Origin: Nemertoderma westbladi
Lineage: Eukaryota > Animalia > Xenacoelomorpha
Reading direction: 5' to 3'
NCBI GenBank assembly: GCA_032718475.1
Contig: JAUCBJ010004651.1
Coordinates: 79,253 to 143,252 of the forward strand
DNA: 64,000 bases
The notes under the pieces are model-generated. The model saw only the letters and a program-made list of their open reading frames with translations, searched no databases and was not told the DNA's origin. A program made the position numbers and the translations under genes. The stretch's first letter is position 1. Each line of letters starts with the position of its first letter. This document shows, one piece after another, positions 50,902-63,268 of this stretch.

Positions 50902-52393
50902 CTGAACGGGATAAATATAATTAAACTCTGAAATTATTAAAATATACATTTTCAAATAGACGTAACTTGTGTAGAATTATGTTTAAGCGAGGAAATTGAT
51001 ACAATGACAATTACCGGTCCTGTGGTGTTTTTAGGCATTATTGAGGACTGCTGAATATAAATTAAGTGAATCAGAACATAAATAACAATAATTAATGGCA
51101 ATAATTTTTGACAAAAAGTATTGCAATAATTTTAGTTTCCCGAGACAGGTTGATCTTCGTTTAAGTTTTTTGTGATTTAAACCCTTAACATTGTATCCTC
51201 TCATTTTTGTACTCCGGTTGGACCTGCATTCCACCATATAAATGTTACCAATAGCAATAAATTTAATGTATTAGGCTTATCATTAAACAAAAACCATGCT
51301 AAAATTGAAAGTATTTCATAAAATAGGTACCAGTGGTTGATTATAGAGCATTAACCATCTATGTGGAGAATGAATAAATATAATAGGCCTACCAAATTAC
51401 TGACAGAAAAACTAATTGAGATACAGTGAAGGAACTTTGGTGACTTCAAATATAGGGTATATATCATGTTCTACTAAGTGGTTGAAATAGACCAAGTTAA
51501 AAATTACGTCCGTTACGGTAAAAACGGAAAATTTTGAAATTATTAGAGGAAGGGGTGATGTATTCGACTCATTGCTTTCAGTGCAAAGCAAACGTATTGT
51601 CTATACTTATTGTCTTATAACTTGAGACAAAAAACTAACATCATTGCAGTAAGTCTTTCTTGTGTATTTTCTCGTAACGGACGTAAATGGTTAGCAATAG
51701 AGCAGTGACCATCTCCTACACTCTGCAAACAGCGCTACAGTCCTGTAATTTCTCCAATTATGTTGGTTGCTGGTTTGTTTTTCGCTATTAACAGCCGAAC
51801 CTGAAGGATTGGCTATACTTATATTGTGTTACTGATAGTAAGGCTGCCTTTATTGCCTTTATGCCAAAATGTAGCTCTTCTGCACCTCTGGACTTCTTTT
51901 TATGCAAAATACTATATTAAAAAATATTCAGTGTGACTTAAGTAATGGATTTGCACACTTGTTTAGTTGAAAACATCAATTTACAAGCAATGGAAAGTAA
52001 CACCATGTAACATAATTGCACAGTTACGTCCGTTACAGGAGATGGTTACGTCCGTTACGAAAATCAATTGCAAACTGTATGAAAACCAGTGGTCAGTAGC
52101 CCTAAATTGTTTTATTGATATGTTCGGCATCTATTCTGTAATCATTACTAAGAAGGGTTTGTCAGAACATTGCTTCAATTCGCACGAATATTGATGAGAA
52201 CATGGCTACCTCAGAAATTCAATTTTGTGCGATTACGTCCGTTACAGGTGTATTAGCTTGCCCTATATGCACATGCAATTATTTAATAATAATCTGGTGT
52301 ATTTAAATTATAGTAGGCCTACCAGTGGTCCAGCAACACCACACAAAATATTTATAAAAAATACTCAGTTCTGTTCGCAGTGGAGGCCTTTAA

Positions 52394-52891
52394 CCCTATC
52401 CATACCGGGGTACTTTAGAAGCTCAAACTACCAGGGGGGGGGGGGGGGACTTTTGGGGACGTAAAGTTTGTAAGCATATAACTTTGTGTGGTGTGATGAT
52501 ATTACTTTAAAGTAAAAAGTTTTAGATACAAAATTTATTCCTCTTTTCAAATATGCCACACACTAATGCTCAAATATAATATTTATATACTATAATTATG
52601 TTTAAATTGATTTTAAATTGATATTAAATTGATTGAATTATAAATTTCACTCCTACAATAGTTCAGCAATAATATGACAGTTTCAGAGACAGGTCAGTTT
52701 ACGTGTCATTTTCATGGTCATAAATAATAATATGACAATTAATTTTTGTTTTAAGATAAAGAATAATAAATTTTAGGAAAAGTAACGGAATTTCACTTGC
52801 AATAAATGTGGTTTGGATTTGAACCAAGCAATCAAATAAAGTGCGTCTCCAAAAGTCCCCCCCCCCCCCCCCCCCCCCGGTATGGATAGGG
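52394..52891. mobile_element. piggyBac-like MITE
   Basis: TTAA|CCCTATCCATACCGGGG ... CCCCGGTATGGATAGGG|TTAA (17-bp TIR, TTAA TSD). Confidence 0.88.
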
Positions 52892-53649
52892 TTAAACTCT
52901 GTGATAGTTACGTCCATTACCGTGGAATTGCCCCGCATGATGTTTCGCATCCGCATCCGCACCCATGGCATGCGGATGTTACATACACTATTCAAGCATC
53001 CTGTCTGAAGGCCCAGCAACCACTCAATTAAATTTTCAATAATAGTTACTTTTACCTTATGATATTTTTTTATTTTATCTTAAAATTACACTAACACTAA
53101 AAATACACTAACACTCGATGGGAACAATATAAAAAATGTTTGTTGTGTTATTGTTTTGTTATATGATGTCCGATTCTGTTCTATAACCTTAGACTCTTGT
53201 TAGTTTATTAATATAATATTAGAATATACTATTAAAATGCTGGTATAACCTTGATGTAAAAGGGAGGCCACGCAAAAACATATATGTTTTAATAGACATC
53301 CGCATCTATGACCTATGTACAGTACAGAGTGGGCGTAGCGAGGGAGTTGTACATAACAAAGGTGATAAACGCTGAATAGTGCCCTTTACCTTGGCAGCCT
53401 TTTTGGTAAAGATGGCCTTATTCAATTCTAAAATATCGTGCTGCTCGAAGGCTTGTAAAAAAAGAAGCTCTTACAAATTCCTCCTAAGATCCTAAAAATT
53501 CGAGTTTGAGGAAAAATATGAGATAGCCGCTTGCAGAATTAAAAATTTCCATTCAATTCGGCACGTGTTTTAAACAATTTCCAAAATAAGGGGCGTTACC
53601 ACCCACCCCCCCCCCCCCCCCCCTAACTAAAATTTAATAACTTCCGTAC

Positions 53650-54213
53650 CTTAGGGGGTTCAACTTCCCCCCGGGGATAAATCTCCTGCAAAACCGGCAG
53701 AACAGGTGGATTCCGTTGTTGCAGGAAGTGAATGAGCATAAGGATGTAGGCGTAGGATGATAAGGAGCCCTTCGAGGCGTCGCCTATATCGCACTGCTTC
53801 GCTAACGCCTTCATCATAAACCCTAAAGGTTTAACTCTTCGGTCTAACTCGCAATATGTCCGCAGCAACCGGCTGTTGTAAACGCCCAGAACGTTGTACA
53901 GACTGATATCGCCCTCGAGGTCGGAGGGGAGATGGAGGAACTTAACGATGGGAACCTTAGCAGAGGTTATGGAGAGGACGTTAGCAAACTCCTCCCGGAG
54001 TTTCCGCATTTGTTTCCCGAGGTTGGCGATCACGGCTTCTTGGTGGACCCCGGACGCGTCCGGAATGTCCGACATCGTCATGCATATGTCGAGGTCCGAG
54101 TGCCGGAATCCGAAGCCGTTTACGGACGAGCCGAATAGCTCGAGTCGGGCAGTCGGGTAGTACTCGACGACAATGTCGAGGATAGAGCGGATTATCGACT
54201 GTCGGTCGGCAAC
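53650..54213 (-). CDS. TUT4/7: TUT4/7 exon (active nucleotidyltransferase domain)
   Basis: LELFGSSVNGFGFRHSDLDICM...AKVPIVKF...EGDISLYN...CDIGDASKGSLSSYAYILMLIHFLQQRNPPVLPVLQEI; ag|GTT at 54213 and AAG|gt at 53650, 564 nt. Confidence 0.95.
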
Positions 54214-55914
54214 CTACGGGAATTAATTAGAAATAAAATAAAAAAAGTTATAAAATAAATATGTACCGGTACCGGTACTAGGTATACAAGATACATTAGC
54301 ACTGAAAAAATAACAGGAAGGGGGAAGGGGGGGGGGGGGGGAAGGGGGGGTTGTCTTTGTTTTGGATTCGTTACTTTTGAACAAATTTGGACTCTTAATA
54401 GAGTAAAATCGACGCAACTACCATCTGCTTATCTGCAACTGCAACCTGTTCTAATTACTTCGTCTTGTTTTGGTTTGAATAACGCACCATTGTAACCTGC
54501 TCTGTTACCTTAATTGGTACAGTATATACTTAACTTTGTTATTTCGCCGAAAGTGTGTTCTGGGTTTTGTCATTCCCACAGATTAGATTTCAAAAACAAA
54601 AAGTATCAATTATATATATTAAATCAAAATGCATTTTTGTGTGGCATTTAGTATGATGATACCCAAGGTAATAATAACCTATGTGGGATAATGTAGGTGA
54701 ACAAAATACGAAGGCCCTCCTCAATGATAGTCAGACAACAGGAGTCAATGTCGTAAATATTCATTCTAGAACATGTATTTATTTAAAATGGGTTGAACCA
54801 GTTACAGAGTAGTGGCACAAACAAGCGAGAAACATAGTGTAGTTAAGGTGAGTTGTTTCTATCCCCTGCCTCCTGTCTGACAACCGTCGTAGTCGGCTTA
54901 GGTAGCCCAGTGAGTGCACAGGCTTCCATACAATGCTATGATAACGTATATAGGCCTACTGTATAAGAAGGTACAATGTAAGCACTGCTATGTATAATTC
55001 ATAGAAATTCGTAATTCTATAGTAATTCATTCCAGAACGCCGCCTTTTATCACAATTTAGCGAATTCGCCAAATGCTGTTTCGAACTAAAATTTTTTTAG
55101 TAACAATTTTTGCTCTCTGGAAAATGAAGTTTACGGAGCACAATAAACTTGCGTATTAAAATGGTAAGATAATGTAGGGGGATTTAGAATCGGTTTATTT
55201 TTAATCAGAACTTTACTGGCAATTGACTGTTGCAAAAGGTACATATTGTCAATTTCAAACTGTTGCCAAGAAAACAGGGAGCAAAATTATATTGTATTCC
55301 TACAATATGAATTGTTATGCTCTGGGGAAGGGATGGATGTGTTGGTGTTCAAGAACATTAATTACTCATGTATAATTATTTTTTTCAATGGGAAGAGCCT
55401 CGACTCCAAGTCATAAACCAAGTATATAATATGATAAATGATAAAATATAACTAAATTCGGTATTATAGAATTAGGTTTCCGGTACCAGTAGTATAATAT
55501 ATTCTTTCAATAAGGTATATACCGGTACCATTTTCATAGTTTTGAATTTTAGATTCCTGGTTGTGTCTTCAAATTGAAAATAAACATTCTACTAGGAATA
55601 TTTTCCATCTATAAATATAAATATCTTGAAATCGAATTACAGCCAAATACTATCAATAAAGGATTATCAGAGATTTGAGGCGTGGCCTCAAAGAAAATAG
55701 TCATGAAATTGAGTCATAAGATGGAGGGAGGAAGGGAGTCACTACGATGTATTGAATACGAGTAAACTATATTGTTATTTAGAAGTAAATTTTGACATAA
55801 GTAGGTAAGGAGGACATTAAAGTATTCTATATACAAATAAATAATAATATTATGTTGTTAAACTCACTAAATTAATTCTACAGGAATACTAATAAACCTA
55901 TAATAAATGATTAC

Positions 55915-57523
55915 CTCCTGTTGGGACTGCGAGAAGTTGGTTAGAATCCCGTTGATTGCCGAGTCCACGGCATCGTGGAATGCCTTCGGGAGCTGCCGCA
56001 AGGGGAGCAACTTCTTAACGGGACCCTCCCGCTCCTGGGGACAGTCGTCCCGTTTGTGTCCGCAGTTGTGACACGAAGTGCAGACCAACTTCCTCCTAAA
56101 CGAGGGAGTCAAAACCGCGGCGTTAAACTGAAACAAAGTATTATTAGTAACCGATTCGCTTTGAGTTAATTTACTTTCTATATTAGAAACTAATTTATTT
56201 ATTTTATTAGATTTATTTATTGTTTTCTGGGTGGCGTCTTCCGATGTTTCTATAAGGTAACGCAGGGCTTCCCCGTTACCGCCCCGTCGCACCACGCAAC
56301 AACCGCCGTCGCCGTCCAACTCAACGTCGAAGTCCAACATCTCGGGCCCACAATCGCATTCGCCGAACGGAACTATGCAGGTCGGACACACGTAATCCTT
56401 CGGGGAGTAGTTGGGACAGGAGGAACGGTGCAGAACGCTGTTACAAGCCGCGCATAAAGGCGTCTTACACAGACGTTTCGCCCATCGTACGACTGTATTC
56501 GAGTCTTCCTCGGGGAGGAAACCGCTAGTGTCGCTAAAGTAAGCGAAACTAGAAGCGAAGCAGCTCACTAAGAACCGCGACGACGAATCAAACTTGACGC
56601 ACTGCGCGGCGTTCCGCAGAGTGAATGGATCCTCTATGGACATCCTCTTCCACCCGTTCCAGGCAGCCCGAGTCAATACCAGCTGGTCTACGGAGACCTT
56701 GTCGAGGGTTGTCACGGTAATAACGTTGAGTTTGTAGTCGAATTCCGCGAAGTATTTGAGTAGAGAGACCCAAAGATCGCCTAGTCTCTCTGTGTTTGCG
56801 GAAGTCCATTTGGTGTATCTGGAGATTAAAGATGCGTCGTTTTCGTCTAACAGAATGTTGTTAATAATCTCGTCTATTAATGCGTTGATTTCCTTTTCGG
56901 ACAGGATTTCATGTAGGACTGGGAGCGCGCGAATGGGTCGTTGTTGTAGGAAGTGGATCGCCATCAGGATGTAGCAATGAGGCGAGGGCGTGGCCTCAGT
57001 GGGTTGATCCACATCGCAGATTCGAGCCCAATGACGTAGGATCAAACTGAGGGACTTCGCTAAAGGGTTGAGAGTGAAATAAACTCGGATTAGAACAGCG
57101 GTCTGGATGCCGTAGAAATTGTTACAGGAACAACAACAACGCAATCCAGACTGGCGATGCGTGAACACGATCTTAGGACAAGTATCGTTGAATTTCTCTA
57201 CGACGTTCGTGTAAGTATCAGGGGATTTGTTAAGAGCGTCGACGATTTTAAGAAGCGCAGCCGGTTGGTTTATTCGTTCTATTTCCAGGTCTATATCGAT
57301 GTTGGAGTAATGGAGAGCTGCTGTGGATAAAGAGCTTCCGTACATGGAACATTTATACAGACTAAACTCGGACAAACAGGAGCGGATTAGTTGTCGGAAA
57401 CCCTGGAATACAGAATGGCGTTCCGAAAAGTCGGTCTGGTTGCAGCTGTGTTCCAGGACTCCCAGTAATCTTTTCTCTATTGAAGAAGCGTGTCGCGCGT
57501 CCATTTTGATGGGGGTCTCCGGT
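55915..57523 (-). CDS. TUT4/7: TUT4/7 large exon (N-terminal pseudo-NTase/PAP-associated module and first zinc knuckle)
   Basis: MYGSSLSTAALHYSNIDID...LRHWARICDVD...HFLQQR...LGDLWVSLLKYF...KRMSIEDPFTLRN...CTSCHNCGHKRDDCP; acceptor ttgtatag|A at 57523 (phase 2), donor GAG|gtaat at 55915. Confidence 0.9.
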
Positions 57524-57734
57524 CTATACAAATTGAAAAATATTATAGCCCTAACATTTACATATACCGTGATATAGGCTACTGCAGTCTCGTACTGTAG
57601 GTAGGAGGACAGTCAGACTAGGCCTATCTGACTACAGGACTATAGCATATCAGCATATACCCAAGCACCAAGCCCAAGGCTGCAAGGCCATGATATACCT
57701 GTCAGCCTGTATACTCAGGACTGCAGGCATGGCA

Positions 57735-58229
57735 GGGTAAATCTTTTCGACCTACGCGTAGGCCTACGCGTAGAAACGCGTAGTTCGCAACATTGGGTCA
57801 TATATCACCAGTTTCAGAGTTTTAACATTAACTACGCGTAGCGCGTAGGTGCTACGCGTAGCTACGCGTAGGTCCTACGCGACCTATGCGTAGGTGCTAC
57901 GTATAACTACGAGTAGGTCCTACCCATAACTATGCCTATACGTCGTTTATCATTAGTAAGTAGGCCTACGTATTCCAAGCGGTTCAGTACTAAAATAAGG
58001 GTAAATCTTTTCGACCTACGCGTAGGCCTACGCGTAGCTACGCGTAGTTCGCAACATTGGGTCATATATCACCAGTTTCAGAGTTTTAACATTAACTACG
58101 CGTAGGTGCTACGCGTAGCTACGCGTAGGTCCTACGCGACCTACGCGTAGGTGCTACGTATAACTATGCCTATACGTCGTTTATCAATAGTAGGCCTACG
58201 TATTCCAAGCGGTTCAGTACTAAAATAAG
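57735..58229. repeat. Tandem duplication (~264 and ~231 bp) rich in the palindrome CTACGCGTAG
   Basis: Both copies start GGGTAAATCTTTTCGACCTACGCGTAGG and end CAGTACTAAAATAA. Confidence 0.85.
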
Positions 58230-58646
58230 ACCATACGGTATGTTCAATAAACAACCCACAACCATAAAATGCTTTCAACAGTAATGCATCCTATACCTGT
58301 ATACTCTATATAGATGAATACGCTAAGACTACAACATATTCTTCACTTCATGCGTTGCGGGTGCTAAAATGTGTTTCCGGTAATAATGTTTAGAGTTCAA
58401 AAATAGTTTACAAAGGAAATAGGCCGATGGTTCTTATCGATTCTCTATGCTTTTTATTGCCTTTGTTCACGATAGGGCAAGGATATATTTCATATTTAAC
58501 ATAATATTTAATATGTTAACCCCTTGCTGCCTTGACAAGGGAAGGGGGAGACTAAATTGTCTACCATGATTGGTCGCACTTGTTATTTGACCAAATAATT
58601 GAATTTTATGCAGTATTTATCAGCTTTCGCTTAACCACTTCACTGG

Positions 58647-60516
58647 CAGTCGGTGAGAAGTCAAAAATTGGACTTCAAGTCCAATTTTAGACTTCAAGTC
58701 CAATTTTGGACTCCAAAGTCCAATATTGGACTTTAGTACAACTCTAAGTGTACCCATGCTGCCATACTGTATATCGGTATTTCAATCAAAACTGCATCCC
58801 GTATCAGTACATATATATTACATAATTACAATGCAACATCATTTTAATGATCAAATTAATTATTATAAGTATTATAAGCAGGGATCGCAGATCGCACACG
58901 TACAGTCAGACATCAGTCAGTCAGTAGGCCTAGTTACTTTTTGCGGTAGTGGTATGGCTTTGCGGTAGCCTTACTGCCTTAGTGGTGTATACCGCAGTAG
59001 CGGTAGTTGAGTTATAGCTGTATAGTTCATACATACCCATACCTGTGGTATTTTCGTATGGCAAAAATAAGACTACTGTAAACTGTAACCTATTATGTTA
59101 TTGAGTTAATGTTTATTGACTAATTGTTTTGATTGGGTTCACTGTGTCAAGTACAATGCACACATCTCCAACCAGACACTATATAACATTGGTGTTGGAG
59201 GTGTCTCATTAGTTCCCCCAAGCTTGACACTAGAACAAAGCCGCCTCCGCTTTGCAGGACATTGCTTTCGCCATGAGGACCAGCCAGTGCACCTCATGGA
59301 GTAAATAAGCATGGTGGACAGCCCATGACTTTCTTGAGACGCATCTTTCAGTCTTTCTTACTGTCTCAAAGGACACTGGCCTTGAAGATGCGGATGATCT
59401 AGCAAATGTCATGGGTGATAAGGCTGTAAGAGTGTAAGGGAGTTGTGGAGGCGCACTTCTGTCAATAAGCCGGCACAGCATTCTTAATAGGGCCTATATA
59501 TATAAAATGCAGCTGCAATGCAGCATGCCGATTGCTGGATTGTAGTTAGTAGTATGATGGTGATAGGGCTCCCTCAATTGGTAAAGTCAAAAGTGGCCGT
59601 TTATTGTTTTAGTTAGAAAAGCCTGCCTCTGTCTGTCTGTAACCTGTTCCTTTCCCTCCAATTGGTTTATGACGTGTGTTACTTCTGTAGGCTACTTATT
59701 ATGTGGAGACCCCAACACGTTAATCAGTTAATCCCGTTTCATTATCCAGCCGATTTTAAATACCCTCCCTGTTGTATGGAAAAATTAGAAGAGATGGTGG
59801 TAGCATCAACTTGTAGTATTTCTTTCTGATAGGGCTCCCATAAGCTTAGACGAAATCGTAGCGTGTACTGTAGTTAGCCTTAGCAGCAGCTGCAGTTGGC
59901 AAACCTGGCATTGCTACCAGTTTCCACCAAATATAATTTGTAATTAAATATTTCTTGGAGCATAATCTAATCTAGTCCTAAAGACTCTAAAGTCCTGGGT
60001 ACATAAGGCTGTAAGGTTAGACATAACATGAATGTAAACTAAACAATATGCTAAAAGTAAAGTACAAAGTACCTAGAATGCTAGAATGTACCATTATATT
60101 CTAAGTACAGTACAGTTACACTGAAGATACATACAAGAGCTGCAAAGGTAACTTTCCATAACTTAATAGCTGTCTGGCTGTCTCTCATCTGTTATGCTTC
60201 ATGTACATTTAAGTTAGATTCTCAATGTCGCGTCCAAAATTGGACTTAAAGTCCAATATTGGACTTTTGTAAAAATTCAAAGCCTTATAAAAAAAGTTCC
60301 CCCTGGTGAATTTCAGGTCCCCCTGTTCAAAACTCTTATTTTTTGATATATTTTCGATTAAAAGAAAAAAATCCCGCCCGATCCAATTACCGAAGGCCCT
60401 GGAACAATTGGCTGATTCGAAGTCCAATATTGGACTCACAGAAGTCCAATTTTGGACTTGAACTGGAGTCGAAGTCCAATTTTGGACTCAAGTCCAATTT
60501 TTGACTTCTCACCGAC
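58647..60516. mobile_element. Non-autonomous TIR DNA transposon (hAT-like CAG termini), copy 1
   Basis: TIR CAGTCGGTGAGAAGTCAAAAATTGGACTT; subterminal palindromes AAGTCCAATATTGGACTT; carries a LINE 3' fragment at ~59140-59555. Confidence 0.8.
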
Positions 60517-63268
60517 CAGTCGGTGAGAAGTCAAAAATTGGACTTCAAGTCCAATTTTAGACTTCAAGTCCAATTATGGACTCCAAAGTCCAATATTGGA
60601 CTTTAGTACAACTCCAAGTGTACCCATGCTGCCATACTGTATATTAGGGCTCGATCGGAGTTGGGATTTGGCCGGAGCCGGAGCAGGAGCCGGAGTTGGA
60701 CAATTTGGCCGGAGCCGGAGCAGGAGCCGGAGTTTTTAAAAAAAAATTAAAAATTTAATTATTTATTTAAAAAAAAATAAAGTATGGTTATCGTTCGCCA
60801 ATCGCTCATAATCAATCATACTGTAGGTCTAATTAATTTCATAATTTATAGATTTACGAATTTTCAATTTAAAATTTAAGTAATTAATTTATCACGGACA
60901 GACGGCCTGATGCTGACGGCTAAAAATTACCTACAGTACGGTACCTAACTCACTAACTGTCAGACTGTGGTAGTTGGTAGAGGTGTGTACTATAGGTAGC
61001 CTACCGTGTACTGCCGTACGTGTACCAGTACTGCGTGACTTCAGTCTGTCAGTACAGTATGCTGGCATGACAGTAGTAAATGGCTGCAGTGGTACAGTGT
61101 ACTAGTGTACAATCATAGCATTTACAATTTTTTACAGTCTGACAGTAGGGCCTATCTGTAATAGTCTGGTAGTTAACCAGCTCAGCAGCTGGCCAGTACC
61201 AGTACTGCAGTATGAGTACAGTCAGTCAGTCATTGACTTTAAGTAAATACTGCAGTATTATGCTTGATATTGAAGCTGTACTACAGTACTTATAGTGTAA
61301 ATAATTGTTCAGATTAGAATATGCACGAAATATAATACTTTATTAAAAAATTAACTCCGGCAATATTTTTACCGGAGCCGGAGCAGGAGCCGGAGGTGCC
61401 AAAATGGCCGGAGCCGGAGCCGGAGGCCGGAGCTCCGATCGAGCCCTACTGTATATCGGTATTTAAATCAAAACTGCATCCCGTATCAGTACATATACTG
61501 ATATATATTACATAATTACAATGCAACATTATTTTAAATGATCAAATTAATTATTATATGTATTATAAACAGGGATCGCACACGTAGTCAGACATCAGTA
61601 GTTACTTTTTGCGGTAGTGGTATAGCTTTGCAGTAGCCTTACTGCCTTAGCGGTGTATACCGCGGTAGCGTAGTGGAGTTATAGCTGTATAGTTCATTCA
61701 TACCCATACTGCCATACCTGTCTGCCTGTGGTATTTTCGTATGGCAAAAATAAGACTACTGTAAACTGTAACCTATTATGTTATTGAGTTAATGTTTATT
61801 GACTAATTGTTTTGATTAGGTTTACTGTGTCAAGTACAATGCACACATCTCTGCATCTCCAACCAAACACTATAGGGCCTATAACATTGGAGTTGGAGGT
61901 GTCTCATTCAGTTATTGGTTCCCCCAAGCTTGACACTAGAACAAAACAAAGCCGCCTCCGCTTTGCAGGACCTCGCTTTAAGCCGTGAGGACCAGCCAGT
62001 GCACCTCATGGAGTGAATAAGCATGGTGGACAGCCCATAACTTTCTTGACTGCTTGAGACGCATCTTTCTTACTGTCTTAAAGGACACTGGCCTTGAAGA
62101 TGCGGATGATCTAGCAAATGTCATGGGTGATAAGGCTCTAAGAGCTGAAGAGTGTAAGGGAATTGTGGAGGCGCACTTTTGTCAACAAGCCGGCACAGCA
62201 TTCTTAATACATAATAGGGCCTATAGATATAATGCAGTTGCAATGAATCATGCCGATTGTAGTAGTAGTATGTGGTGAGGTTATAGGGCTCCTTTAATTG
62301 GTAAAGACAAAAGTGGCCGTTTATTGTTTTAGTTAGAAAAGCCGGCATCTGTAACCTGTTCCTTTCCCTCAATTGGTTTATGATTATGACGTGTGTTACT
62401 TGTTACTTCTGTACTTATTATGTGGAGACCCCAACACGTTAATCAGTTACTAATCCCATTTCATTATCCTGTTATCCAGCCGTTTTATAATACCCTTCCT
62501 GTTGTATGGAAAAATTAGAACAGATGGTGGTAGCATCAACTTGTAGTATTTCTTTCTGATAGGGCTCCCATAGCCTTAGATGAAATCGTAGCTTAGCTTG
62601 TACTGTAGTTAGCCTTAGCAGCAGCTGCAGTTGGCTAACCTGGCATTGCTACCAGTATCCACCAAATATAACTTGTAATTAAATATTTGTTGGAGCATAA
62701 TCTAATCTTGTCCTAAAGATACTATAAAGTCCTGGGTACATAAGGCTGTAAGGTTAGACGAATGTAAATTGTAAACTAAACAATATGCTAAAAGTAAATT
62801 ACAAAGTACCTAGAATGCTAGAATGTACCATTCTGCCATTATATTCTAAGTACAGTACAGTCATTACACACTGAAGATACATACAGAGCTGCAAAGGTAA
62901 CTTTCCATAACTTAACAGCTGTCTGGCTGTCACTCATCTGTCATGCTTCATGTACCTTTAAGTTCGATTCTCAATGTCACGTCCAAAGTTGGACTTAAAG
63001 TCCAATATTGGACTTTTGTAAAAATTCAATGCCTTATAAAAAAAGTTCCCCCTGGTGAATTTCAGGTCCCCCTGTTCAAAACTCTTATTTTTTGATATAT
63101 TTTCGATTAAAGAAAAAAAATCCCACCCGATCCAATTACCCAAGGCCCTGGAACAATTGGCTGATTTGAAGTCCAATATTGGACTCACAGAAGTCTAATT
63201 TTGGACTTGAACTGGAGTCGAAGTCCAATTTTGGACTCAAGTCCAATTTTGGACTTACTCACCGACTG
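60517..63268. mobile_element. Same TIR element, copy 2 (head-to-tail with copy 1)
   Basis: Starts CAGTCGGTGAGAAG immediately after copy 1 and ends CTCACCGACTG; colinear with copy 1 apart from a nested insertion. Confidence 0.8.
60645..61448. mobile_element. hAT-family MITE nested in copy 2
   Basis: 16-bp TIR TAGGGCTCGATCGGAG; 8-bp TSD CTGTATAT (60637-60644, 61449-61456); empty site in copy 1 at 58767-58774; subterminal GCCGGAG repeats. Confidence 0.92.

Noticed and set aside
231-57523. Functional link between GTPBP2, TUT4/7 (RNA surveillance, LINE restriction) and the local retroelements or knottin
   Set aside because: Adjacency in an animal genome is not evidence of a shared system.
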